A stretch of 64,000 nt of DNA, taken from the NCBI GenBank assembly GCA_051313645.2, contig JBNRSN020000053.1, positions 3,596,001 to 3,660,000 of the forward strand, written 5' to 3'. Of this stretch, positions 1-10,800 are shown one piece after another; position 1 is the stretch's first letter, and every line of letters begins with the position of its first letter. The notes under the pieces are model-generated. The model was not told the origin of the DNA. It ran no database searches and saw only the letters and a program-made list of their open reading frames with translations. The position numbers and the translations under genes are program-made. This DNA comes from Centroscyllium fabricii (taxonomy: Eukaryota).

Positions 1-94
1 TGGCCCAGCTGTGTGACAACCTAAAATACCAGATGCAATCAAGGGCTTACAAAGCGCGCGTTGGGACATCCTGAGGATGTCTGGTCATACTTAC

Positions 95-314
95 CGTGAA
101 GTTCTGGGGTGGGATTTTGTGTTTGTAGATGTGAGTGTTTGCAAGCTCCTTCACGATGCTGCCATGGTTGCCCTTCTGTTTCACCATGTTACCCAGAGCA
201 ACGAGCACGGTGTTACCCTGTGCACAGAGGTCCTCGTTGTTCTTAAGCTGCTCTAAGGAGCTTTCCTTAAACTTGGGGAAAAATGCTTTGGTCTCTGGGT
301 GTTCCTTGAATAAC
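95..314 (-). CDS. mb: Myoglobin exon 2 (220 nt, spliced; not in the ORF track)
   Basis: Minus strand shows a pyrimidine tract plus cag acceptor, then (R)LFKEHPETKAFFPKFKESSLEQLKNNEDLCAQGNTVLVALGNMVKQKGNHGSIVKELANTHIYKHKIPPQNFT, then a gtaagt donor. CD1 Phe, F8 His and the myoglobin HKIP motif are present, with conserved globin intron positions B12.2 and G7.0. Confidence 0.95.
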
Positions 315-377
315 CTGGAGGGGGAGGAGAGAGCGAGAGAGAATTAAGTGGCGCTTCCTGACTTTCTAACCAAAAAA

Positions 378-472
378 CTCACCGGCGGAGGGGGAGCGAG
401 CCTCACCGGCGGAGGGGGAGCGAGCCTCACCGGCGGAGGGGGAGCGAGCCTCACCGGCGGAGGGGGAGCGAG
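378..472. repeat. 24-bp GC-rich minisatellite, about 4 copies, in myoglobin intron 1
   Basis: Unit ctcaccggcggagggggagcgagc repeated in tandem; it explains the LAPPPPVR and SPSAGEAR ORFs. Confidence 0.9.
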
Positions 473-519
473 ATCGAGTATATGAAGACAAACTGTTTCC
501 AATGGCTGAAGGGTCGATA

Positions 520-790
520 ACCAGAGGGCCCAGATTGAAGGTGATTGACAAATGAACCAGTGGCTGTTTTCAGGCAAGGAGTGGCTAGGATTTGAAATTC
601 ACTGCCTGATAGGGCAGTGGAATCAGATTCAATTGCAGCCTTCAAAAGGGAATTGGATAAATACTTGAAGGCGAAAAACAATAGCAGCGATATGGGGAAA
701 GAGGTAGTGAGTGGGACTGACTGGATCGCTCTCCGAAAGAGCTTGAGCAGACTGGATGGGCCGAATGGCCTCTTTCTGTGCTGTACTGGC
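520..790 (+). mobile_element. CR1 LINE 3' end fragment
   Basis: SIAAFKRELDKYL-like ORF2 end and the gatgggccgaatggcctc 3' tail motif. Confidence 0.7.
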
Positions 791-819
791 TATAATTGTT
801 TGATGCTTCACACTGCACC

Positions 820-1700
820 CTCACCACATCACAACAGCAACCTCTGCAAGACGTGCCAGATCATCAGCACAGGTACCATCATCACACGTGAGGACACCAC
901 ACACCAGGTACATGGTACATACTCATGTGACTCGGCCAACGTTGTCTACCTCATACGTTGCAGGAAAGGATGCCCCGGAGCATGGTACATTGGTGAAACC
1001 ATGCAGATACTGCGACAACGGATGAACAGACACCGCACAACAATTGCCAGGCAGGAATGTTCCCTCCCAGTCGGGGAACACTTCAGCAGTCAAGGACATT
1101 CAGCCTTCGATCTTCGGGTAAGCATTCTCCAATGTGGCCTTCGAGACACACGACAACGCAAAATCGTCGAGCCGAGGCTGATAGCCAAGTTCCGCACTCA
1201 TGAGCACGGCCTCAACCGTGATATTGGCTTCATGTCGCACTACATGTGACCCCACCTGACGTAGAGTCATCCAGACTCGAGTCGTCTTTGGCTTGTCCTC
1301 ACTATGCGGATGCGGCTGCGATTTCCAGCAAGAAAAATCTTTTTTTTTTAAATCATTCTGTGTGGGTTTTCACACAGACACCAGACTGTAACATTTGACC
1401 CTTTATGACTGCACCTCATTGATCTCAGGGTAGTGCCTGCCTGGCTGATCTGTTAAAACACCATTCACACCTTTGATTGCTATGAATGTCTCTCTGCTGA
1501 GGTGTGATGTAGGACAGTTGGAAAGATTACATTGTTCTCTCCCTCTATATATGCGGTGTTTAAATGAATCTCTTTTACTTACACCTGAGGAAGGAGCAGT
1601 GCTCCGAAAGCTTGTGATTTCAAATAAAACTGTTGGACTATAACCTGGTGTTGTGTGACTTCTTACAATTGTCCACCCCAGTCCAACACCGGCACCTCCA
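820..1700 (+). mobile_element. Penelope-like element 3' fragment: GIY-YIG endonuclease and pseudo-LTR
   Basis: C-terminal part of ORF 617-1249 has CKTC, NVVYLIRC, YIGET, RMNRHR, VGEHF and GLNRD, typical of the Penelope GIY-YIG domain. The downstream region carries a hammerhead core. Confidence 0.8.
1585..1622 (+). ncRNA. Minimal hammerhead ribozyme-like motif in Penelope pseudo-LTR
   Basis: CTGAGGA-a-GGAGC-agt-GCTCC-GAAA matches CUGANGA, stem II and GAAA; stem III looks degenerate. Confidence 0.55.
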
Positions 1701-1991
1701 CATCACATCACAACAGACTGTGCGTGGAACTGCAGGACAAAATCTACTTTGGTGGGTTCTGCTAAATAATAGGAATCGATTCAGCTCTTTCTACCTCACA
1801 TCTCACTCCCTGCCAGCTTCTTCTGATGTTCCACGTCCTTCACAGTGTGTGCTTTGTTTAAACTAGTAAGCTGACTCCAGCTTTTCCACCAGACTAACTA
1901 CTCCCATATCTCCTTACCCGGCTCCCGTGGACCATGCAAGCAGTGTGGAGACATTCTCTTGTGGCAGCGTACATCAGCAGGGCACAATAGC

Positions 1992-2206
1992 TAAATACCG
2001 CAGATGCTGGAAATCCGAAATAACAACAGAAAATGCTGGAAAAACTCAGCAGGTCAGGTAACATCCGTGACGAGAAATATAGAGTCGATGTTTCGGGTTC
2101 AGACCCTTTGTCAAGACTAAAGCCAGGAAATGAAACGTCGAATCTATATTTCTCTCCACGGATGTTGTCTGGCCTGCTGAGTTTTTCCAACATTTCCTGT
2201 TGTTAT
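1992..2206. mobile_element. Foldback (inverted-repeat) Penelope-derived non-autonomous repeat
   Basis: Arms ataacaacagaaaatgctggaaaaactcagcagg and cctgctgagtttttccaacatttcctgttgttat are reverse complements; near-mirror ORFs occur on both strands. Confidence 0.65.
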
Positions 2207-2361
2207 AGCAGGGTATGTCTTATTTGACGGAATGGAGACTTTATTTTGGTCACTTCACAGCTGCTGACCGTCACCCCATAACCTTGCCCAAGAGGTCAGT
2301 TTTTTTAATGTGTGAGCTCACACGGTGAGTTTCAGCAAGCTATTTGACATGGTGGGCATCA

Positions 2362-2610
2362 CATAGAATCATAGAATGGTGACAGCACAGAGGGAGGCCA
2401 TTCTGCCCGTCGCGCCCATACTGGCTCTCTGCAGGAGCACTCCAGCTAATCCCACTCCCCCGCCCTTTCCCCGTAGTCCTGCAAATGTCTTTCCTTCAGG
2501 TACTTACCCAGCTCCCTTTTGAAAGCCACGATTCAGTCCGCCTCCACCACCCTTTCAGGCAGTGCATTGCAGATCCTAACCACTCACTGAGTAAAAAAAC
2601 CTTTTCCCCA
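2362..2610 (-). mobile_element. CR1 LINE 3' end fragment
   Basis: (atagaatc)n tail and ggaggccattctgccc, the reverse complement of the CR1 3' motif. Confidence 0.7.
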
Positions 2611-3034
2611 TCCCGTTTCTCCCACAGCACCCACAGGTGTGGGCTTTCCTGCAGTAATCACAGGATGAGGATCAGGAGCAGGAATCCCGGCTGAATTTGC
2701 CCCTCTCAAACGCGCCAACGCCAAGTGTACTGTCCCCCTCGCCCAGCTCAGATGAGCAAACTCCGCACAGATCCGGGATTGAGCCCGGGATTGAGCCTCA
2801 GTATCATTTACCCATTCGAAGGGAGCTCCTGCACATCGTTCAAAGTCTCTTCACTTGTGTTCTGTGGTACAACACGTGTGCCAATACAGGGCACCTGCCT
2901 GCCATCTTATCGCCACATAGCTAGCTGCCAAGAACAGGTGGGAGCATATGCCCAGCGAGAGAGAAATATCAGGGAGTTAGATAACGTTCGAGCTGCCTCT
3001 CGCAGGGGGTGGTCAGGGGGCGGGTGGTCACACT

Positions 3035-4036
3035 GACCCAAACTTTTCGCCACCTTGGTGTCATATTTGACCCTGAAATGAGCTTCCGACCACATATCTG
3101 CAGCATAACTAAGACCGCTTATTTCCACCTCCGTAACATCGTCCGTCTCCGCCATTGCCTCAGCTCATCTGCTGCTGAAACCCTCATCCATGTCTTTGTT
3201 TCCTCCAGACTTGACAATTCCAATGCACTCCTGGCTGGTCTCCCACATTCTACCCTACGTAAACTTGAGGTCATCCAAAACGCAGCTGCCCGTGTCCTAA
3301 CTCGCACCAAGTCCCATTCGCCCATCACCCCTGTGTTCGTTGACCTACACTGGCTCCCGGTTAAGCAGCGCCTCGATTTCAAAATTCTCATCCTCGTTTT
3401 CAAATCCCTCCATGGCCTCGCCCCTCCCTATCTTTGTAATCTCCTTCAGCCCCACGACCCCCCGAGATATCTGCGCTCCTCTAATTCTGCCCTCCTGAGC
3501 CTCCCTGATTAGAATCGCTTAACCTTTGGTGGCCGTGCCTTCTGTTGCCTGGACCCTAAGCTCTGGAATTCCCTGCCTAAACCTCTCCGCCTCGCGACCT
3601 CTCTTTCCTCCTTTAAGACGCAGTAGAACAGTCATCCCGAGTGTGGGCAGCTCCTTCTCCGCCAATGGCCAGACCTTGTTGACATTATCCCAGTCGGTCA
3701 TTCTCCAACCCCAGCAACAACAACAATATTCTGTGCTTCAAAGTAACGTCAGGCAAGAGCAGAGAGCCTCTGACGACCGCTACCAGCCATGGCCCTTTAT
3801 ACCTTCCAGCATCTCTCTTTCCTCCTCCCTCCAATCAGACAATCCAACCCCTGTCCGCTGTCTCAACCGCCTGTTTTGAGCTGCATTCCTGAACAGGTAC
3901 TTTGACCAAGCTTTTGGTCACCTGCCCTAATTTATCCTTATGTGGATCGGTGTCAAATTTTTTGTCTGAAAATACTCCTGTGCAGCGTCTTGGGACGTCA
4001 TACTACGTTAAAGGCGCTAGATAAATACAAGTTGTT
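3035..4036 (+). mobile_element. 5'-truncated L2 LINE interrupted by a myoglobin exon 1 copy at 3619-3899
   Basis: ORF 3009-3512 (LGVIFD, KTAYFHLRNI, LIHVFVSSRLD, LHWLPV, FKIL) is the L2 ORF2 C-terminus. An L2-type 3' UTR ending aaaggcgctagataaatacaagttg resumes at 3900. Confidence 0.85.
3619..3899 (-). pseudogene. Duplicated myoglobin exon 1 plus proximal promoter, lacking the splice donor
   Basis: 281-bp copy of 4439-4719 (offset 820, about 7 substitutions). It encodes MTDWDNVNKVWPLAEKELPTLGMTVLLR and then runs into antisense L2 instead of gtaaat. Confidence 0.85.
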
Positions 4037-4438
4037 TGGGTGGTCAGGGGGTGGCTGGTCAGTGAGTGGGTGGTCACGGAGCACCTACCCAACAGCAGAG
4101 GGACAGAACGTGGCAAAATAATTTAGAAAATAAGTCTACACACAAATTATTGGTCGGAATATTCACGCTCCAGCGGGGAAACGGGACATTGAGTTAATGT
4201 CAGGACCTCCACTCACCACTGGCAATTAAAGAAAGAAAGAATTGCCTTGATATAGCACCTGTCAAGACATTGGGATGTCCCAAAACACTTTACAAGCTGG
4301 AGTGGGACTTGAACCTACGACCTGGGAGGCGAGAGCATGCACTGAGCCACACCTGTAGGCTGATAGAAACTCATGAAAAGGAAAGGATCATGTTTAACAG
4401 GACACACAAATCTAAAAGATTGCAGAAAAGTGATTTAC

Positions 4439-4521
4439 CGCAGTAGAATAGTCACCCCGAGTGTGGGCAGATCCTTCTCCGCCAATGGCCAGACCTTGTT
4501 GACATTATCCCAGTCGGTCAT
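4439..4521 (-). CDS. mb: Myoglobin exon 1 coding part
   Basis: ATG at 4521 gives MTDWDNVNKVWPLAEKDLPTLGVTILL plus CG, then a gtaaat donor (phase 2). This joins the first G of exon 2 to form the Arg B12 codon CGG. The N-terminus resembles shark myoglobins. Confidence 0.93.
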
Positions 4522-4615
4522 TCTCCAACCCCAGCAACAACAACAAAATTCTGTGCTTCAAAGTAACGTCAGGCAAGAGCAGAGAGACTCTGACGACCGC
4601 TAACAGCCATGGCCC

Positions 4616-4655
4616 TTTATACCTTCCAGCATCTCTCTTTCCTCCTCCCTCCAAT
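4616..4655 (-). promoter_or_regulatory. Myoglobin core promoter: TATAAA and inverted CCAAT
   Basis: tttata at 4616-4621 reads TATAAA on the minus strand, about 95 nt upstream of the ATG; ccaat lies at 4651-4655. Confidence 0.7.
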
Positions 4656-4720
4656 CAGACAATCCAACCCCTGTCCGCTGTCTCAACTGCCTGTTTTGAG
4701 CTGCATTCCTGAACAGGTAT

Positions 4721-5765
4721 TGTATAAGGGAGTTTGGGAAAACCTTATCAATTGATAACATTGTTGGGCAGCAGGCCAGCCAGTGAGCTGCCAAGTCCTC
4801 AACTCCCCAGCCACTGTTGCAATCTTTTCATCTCTGGAATCTGATGTTTATCTCGCTGAGTGCCAGTATTTGTGGATCCGGCTTTCATTCTGCAAGTGTG
4901 TCGAGCTGACCCTTTCTATAGAGTCTTCCGTACCCTCGCTGGTAATTGTCGAGTTGTCAGCAGTAAGAAAACACAACACAGTTAGATACAAACAAAAACC
5001 CTTCTTTATTATACCAGGGTCTCAACAGAAAGTCGACCAAGTCTGATCACAACTTCTAATGGTCACATATGTTAGCCCAAGGAGTCAATCTTCCCTCCGG
5101 AAGATTCACTGACTTGGCTAGGTTTCAGAGCGACTTATATACAGTAAAAAGGCATTAAAAACATAGGCTGATCAATTCTCAATATATCACGATCAAACAT
5201 AACAACCTCCAAATGGCTCGCATATGCGTACATCAAAGAAAGATCAGATAGGTCAAAACGAGATGTTTTGGTACCGTTGAAATGAATTTATTACCAAAAC
5301 TAATTTACTGCTAAAACTATTTTACTGCTTAAAGGTATGCCTTAGAAGTTCCTTAGAAGTTGTTTTTGGTATCAAACTAATTTACTGCTTCTTTCGAGAA
5401 AGGCAGAATACAAATATTTTAACTGACCTTTTAGTGCAACCAGGTTATCAGTGATCAGTACTGAGATATTGTGGGTATTGGTTTGAACTGATCTATTGCT
5501 TAAGAGATATTTTGTAGGGTTTGAACTAATCTATTGCTTATCATAGAAAAGCAAAGTATATTCTTCAACTTGTTTTTATATCCCAATAAGATTTATTGTT
5601 TCCCTCAGAAAAACAAACGGCTTATAGTTTTCAGGGGTAAAATGATACCTTCACAAAGTAATGTCTCTCTGCCCTGAAGAGATCACAGCAAAAGGTTATC
5701 TTATCAAGATAGAAGTATGGGGCTAGATGCGTGGTTGACTGGGTTGCTTTTCTAAACATTCCACA
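4721..5765 (-). mobile_element. Solo LTR (1045 bp), ERV-like
   Basis: TG...CA termini with a 4-bp target-site duplication GTAT (4717-4720 and 5766-5769). Minus-strand TATATAA at 5135-5141 precedes AATAAA at 5005-5010. Confidence 0.75.
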
Positions 5766-6179
5766 GTATTTCAAATACTGCTTTTCACATAGAAAAGGCA
5801 CAGTTTTTATTTCAAAGCAAGACTATTTAACCCTTCAGAGTCGGGCTGAAACCAAACATGGTTGCCATGTTTCATAGACAAGTGTCCAAAATGAGTGTCC
5901 GTTCAAAGTATATTTCCTCAAGTGTTGGCACAGGGTTGCAGTCAGTCTCGGAGTGGAATGTGCAGCCATGCTGAGCGGGTTCTCGAGAACCTTGTTTTCT
6001 GTTAAAGATTTGCGGGCGGGGTTTTTTCGAGTTGACCGCCCTGTCTTGTGGGTGACATTGTTCATGAGCAAGTGCTGGAGGGTGTGACCTTCAATGGGAA
6101 GGTGACTGGTCCTGGGCTGCATTGCCTGCCACTCAAACATGCCGATCTCAGTGAGGGTGACAACGTGTGAGGGAGATGC

Positions 6180-6453
6180 GGGGACAGTTTAAACTAGGCA
6201 ATTCAGGAGAAACTTCTTTACCCAGAGAGTGGTGAGAATGTGGAGCTCGCTGCCACAGGGAGTGGTTGAGGCGAATAGTATCGATGCATTTAAGGGGAGG
6301 CTGGACAAGCCTCTGAGGGAGAAGGGAATCGAGGGTTACGCAGATAGATGAGGAAAGGCTGGAGGAGGCTCGAGTGGAGCATAAACACCGGCATGGACTG
6401 GTTGGGCCGAATGGCCTGTTTCTGGGCCGTATATCCTGTGTAATCCTGTGTAA
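6180..6453 (+). mobile_element. CR1 LINE 3' end fragment
   Basis: RRNFFTQRVVRMW-type coding end, ttgggccgaatggcctgtttc motif and (atcctgtgta)n tail. Confidence 0.75.
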
Positions 6454-6875
6454 AAACTAGCAGGGCAACTAGGGCTGTGTCTGATCACAGCCAGAGTCTA
6501 ACTCTTTGAGAAACTCACTGTGACCGAAATAACGACCTCGTGGACGAGTAGTTAGAAGGGTGAAACAATACGGCTTTTATTCGCTAAATGGTGGACATGC
6601 ACCAGCTAGTCGACCGTCCCCAGGAAAGGCCGGGGGATGAGAGACGGCCGCTTATATACCTCCTCCTGGGAGGGAGGAGTCGCGGGTGGAGCCAGCATGG
6701 GCATGTCCGGGTAATCGCACACAATAGGTTATATACAACATGGCTAATGGTACGATTACAGAGATACATATATATACATAATGGGGTGGTTATATACAAG
6801 GAAACAGTGGTTTACCACATTCACCCCTTCTTTAAAACAAAAGTCCTGCGGGGTGAACGCGACAGTTCTTTTAAT

Positions 6876-7893
6876 TCACAAATTAAGTCGCTCAGGCGGC
6901 CTAGTGATTCTGGTTGAGCGTCGCACCGCTGGTGGTGTCAGCGGTCGTGGAGTGGCCGGTCGGTTTGGTTGCACCGTTGGTGATGATGCCGGTTGCCGAG
7001 CGATGGATGATGCCGGTTGGCGAGCGATGGTTGGTAGTGTCGGTTGATGTCTCGTTGGTGCCCTTGCGGTCGCGGTAGGTGGCGCGCTCTCTCCCTCGTC
7101 GTCTGACTCTAGGGGGCGTGTACTGTGGAGCCATGCTGGAGGCCATGTCGTGCTGCCCGCAGGTGCCGGGTGGACGTACCGGGGAGCTGGGTTCTCGTGC
7201 CGGGGAGCATACCTTGGCGCCGGTGGCCCGGGCGGGGTGGCCGGCCGTCTTGGGTGCGCGGGCTGCTGGGCGGGGCTGGTTTTGGGGGCTCCCGCTGGCG
7301 CCAGGTCCTTGATGGACACGGTGTCCTCCCTCCCGTCGGGGTACGCCACGTAGGCGTACTGGGGATTGGCGTGCAGGAGGTGGACCCGTTCGACCAGGGG
7401 ATCTGCCTTGTGGCCCCTCACGTGCTTCCGTAGTAGGACTGGGCCCGGGGATAGCAGCCACAATGGTAGCGAGGTCCTGGAAGCCGACTTCTGTGCTCCC
7501 GCTGTCGAAAAGGCACTCAACGTCCTGTCCGTTCACTCCCACTGGCATCATCGATTTCCCGAGTGGTTGAGCCTTGTTCTGGTCCAGGGTCACCGATGCC
7601 AATATTGGATCAGACGATTCCTCTTGATCCGGCGAGAAGTCCTCCGGGGCCGGTTCCCAAGATGGCTGCCGCCATGCGGTGTACTGCGGAGGGGGTGGCT
7701 GGGTCCAATATGGCGACTGCTGCCACGCGGGGTGCTGAGTGGGGGATGGCTGAGTCCAATATGGCTGCCCCCACGTTCCACTGGGGTTTCGGTTTAGGGG
7801 CTGCAGTCGCCTTACAGACTTTAGCGTAATGTCCCTTCTTTCCACATTTCGAGCAGGCCACGTCTCTTGCCGGGCAGCTGCATCTCGGATACC
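6876..7893 (-). pseudogene. Element A remnant: gag zinc knuckle and protease start joined to integrase C-terminal tail
   Basis: CSKCGKKGHYAKVC, then CLFDSGST joined near 7490 to KSASRTSLP...VSIKDLAP. RT, RNase H and integrase core are missing relative to element B. Confidence 0.85.
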
Positions 7894-10800
7894 GCCGTGT
7901 CCCGCAGTACTCCCGAGGCGGATTCGTTGGTCTTAGTGGGCTTGTCGCCACACAGCTCCCCGCCAGAATCTGTGAGGGAGAATAAAGTTAAAAATAAAAA
8001 AAGGGAGAATAAAGTAAAAATAAAAAAATGGAGCATAAAAGGTGAGTCTCAGGCGAGGCGTTGCGGTGGCCGGATGATGCGGCCGGCACGTGTCGTGCGC
8101 TGCTCCTTGTTCTGCATGGGAGTGTGGGCGGGCTTTGGTGAGGTAGGGCATCCGCGTTTTGGTGGCTGCGCGGGGACTGTTGTCTCACCCGCCATTACAT
8201 GTGCCGGTTTGAGCCGGTCAATCGAGACAGTCTCCGTTCTGTTGCCCATTTTGATTTGGAATGTCTTAGGTCCCGCCCGAAGCACTCTGTACGGTCCATC
8301 GTACGGTGGCTGTAGTGGTGTTCGATGTGCGTCGTGGCGGACAAACACATATTTGGCGTTCTTGATGCCGTCTGGAACACGTGCTGCCGGCCCTCCGTGC
8401 CGGGCCACCGGGAGTGGTTTGAACGCCCCTGCCTGATTGTTAAATTCCTTGAGGCAGCGGTCGGCTGACCAGGGGGCGTTGGTTTCTGCGACGAACTCGC
8501 CTGGTACGGTTAGGGGTTGGCCGTAGACGAGTTCCGCCGCTGAGGCGTGCAGGTCTTCCTTGGCCGCTGAGCGTAGGCCGAGCATTACCCAGGGCAGGCG
8601 GTCGGTCCAGGTTGCGTCCTTCAGGCTGGCCCGCAGGGAAGCTTTGATGGAGCGGTGGAACCGTTCGCAGAGGCCATTGGCCTGTGGGTGGTAGGCGGTG
8701 GTTCGGTGCAGGGTTGCCCCGAGGTCGTGGGCGATGGTCGCCCATAGGGTTGAGGTAAATTGGGGGCCCCTGTCCGACGTGATGTCGGTGGGTACGCCGA
8801 AACGTGCGACCCAGGTGGCGATGAAGGCCCTGGCCAGGTCCGCGGTGGTGGTAGCGGTGAGTGGGACCGCTTCTGGCCAGCGGGTGCTGCGGTCGACCAT
8901 TGTCATGACGTGTGTATGTCCCCGTGATGGCGGTAGTGGTCCGACCAGGTCGATGTGGACGTGGCTGAAGCGTCTAGCTGGGATGGCGATTGTTTCTAGT
9001 GGTGCCTTGATGTGCTTGTGCACCTTGGCGCGCTGGCAGGCAGTGCAGGCGTTGGTCCAGGCGCGGACATCCTTGCGCAGGCCGCGCCAAATGAAACGTG
9101 CTGAAATCAGCTTAGTGGACGCGCGGGCGCCGGGGTGGGACAGGTCATGGAGGGTCTGGAAGATGTGTCGCCTCCATGCGTGGGGGACGACGGGTCTGGG
9201 CTGCGGGAGGGAGACGTCGCAGCGGACCGCCGTGGCTGTGGGCCCGTGTGCTACGGTGGCCAAGTGCAGGCCGGGGAGGTTGGTAGCTGGGTCGAGCAGA
9301 TCGGGGTCGGTCAGTTGGTCGGCCGCCAGTTTGGCGTAGTCGACGGCCGTTTGTACGGAGTTGATGGTGGGACGTGACAGGCAGTCAGCAACCACGTTGT
9401 CGCGGCCGGCGATGTGCTGTATGTCGGTGGTAAACTCCGACACAGCCGCGAGCTGGCGCTGCTGCCTGGCCGACCAGGGTTCGGCGATCTTAGCCATTGC
9501 TGACACGAGTGGCTTGTGATCTACGAAGGCTGTAAAATGGCGGCCCTCTAGGAGGAAGCGGAAGTGGCGCACTGCGAGGTAGAGAGCGAGTAGCTCCCTA
9601 TCGAAGGCGCTGTACTTGACCTCCGGGGGCCGGAGTTGCCGGCTGAAAAAGGCCAGGGGTTGCCAGGAGTTGCCTGTCCACTGCTCGTAGACTGCTCCGA
9701 TGGCGCGGTCGGAGGCGTCGGTGGTGAGGGCCACTCTGGCGTTGGGCCTAGGGTGGGCTAGGAGCGTGGCGTTGGCCAGGGCAGTTTTGGTTGCGGTGAA
9801 GGCGGTGGTGGCTTCGGCCGTCCGCTCGACCGCAGCCTTGTTGGACTGCCCGCGGGTGGCCTGATAGAGGGGTGCCATGAGAGCGGCTGCTCCTGGGATG
9901 AAGCGGTTATAGAAATTAACCATCCCTAGGAATTCCTGCAGCCCCTTGATGGAGTGCGGGCGGGGCAATTCCTGGACCGCCTGCACCTTGGAGGGCAGGG
10001 GTATGGCCCCGGTCTGGGAAATACGGTGGCCGAGGAAGTCGATCGTCTCGATGCCGAACCGACATTTGGAGGGGCTTAATATAATGCCGTGTTCGATCAG
10101 GCGTTTGAACAGGGTCCTGAGATGGAGGAGGTGTTCCTGGGGGGAGGTGCTGGCCACGAGGATGTCGTCCAGGTAGACGAATGTGAACTGCAAGTCCCGT
10201 AGGACTGAGTCCATGAGGCGTTGGAAGGCCTGGGCCGCGTTTTTGAGTCCGAAGGGCATTCGGAGAAACTCGAAAAGGCCGAAAGGGGTAATGACGGCTG
10301 TCTTAGGGACGTCCGCCGGGTGCACCGGTACCTGGTGGTAGCCCCGTACCAGGTTGATCTTTGAAAAAATCGTGCAGCCGGCTAGCCTTGCTGAGAAGTC
10401 TTGGATGTGGGGTACGGGGTACCTGTCTGGGGTGGTGGCGTTGTTGAGGCGGCGGTAGTCTCCGCAGGGACGCCAGCCACCGCCGGGTTTGGGGGCGATG
10501 TGGAGGGGAGAGGCCCAGTGGCTGCTGGAGCGGCGGATTATGCCGAGCTGTTCCATGATGTGGAACTCGGTATGCGCGATCTCCAGCTTGGCCGGGTCCA
10601 GCCTGCGTGCGTGGGCATGGACTGGGGGGCCTGTGGTGGTGATGTGATGCTCCACCCCATGCTTGGCCATGCGGGCTGTGAAGGTGGGGTTGGTGAGGGC
10701 TGGGAACTCCGCGAGGAGCGTGCCGTACGTGTCGGAGTTCCGGGCTCGGCAGTGGGACGCTGTGTGGGCCTGGTGTGCCGGCCCTGTGGAGCATGGGATG

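Noticed and set aside
617-1249. 210-aa ORF as a host GIY-YIG gene
   Set aside because: It is a chance read-through from a CR1 3' end into a Penelope endonuclease fragment.
3519-3701. 60-aa ORF as the functional myoglobin first exon
   Set aside because: It has no phase-2 GT donor and runs into antisense L2. The copy at 4439-4521 has the correct donor.
3526-4603. Plus-strand ORFs with a QPQQQQQ motif (3526-3879 and 4373-4603)
   Set aside because: These are antisense readings of myoglobin exon 1 and its 5' UTR (caa)n tract.
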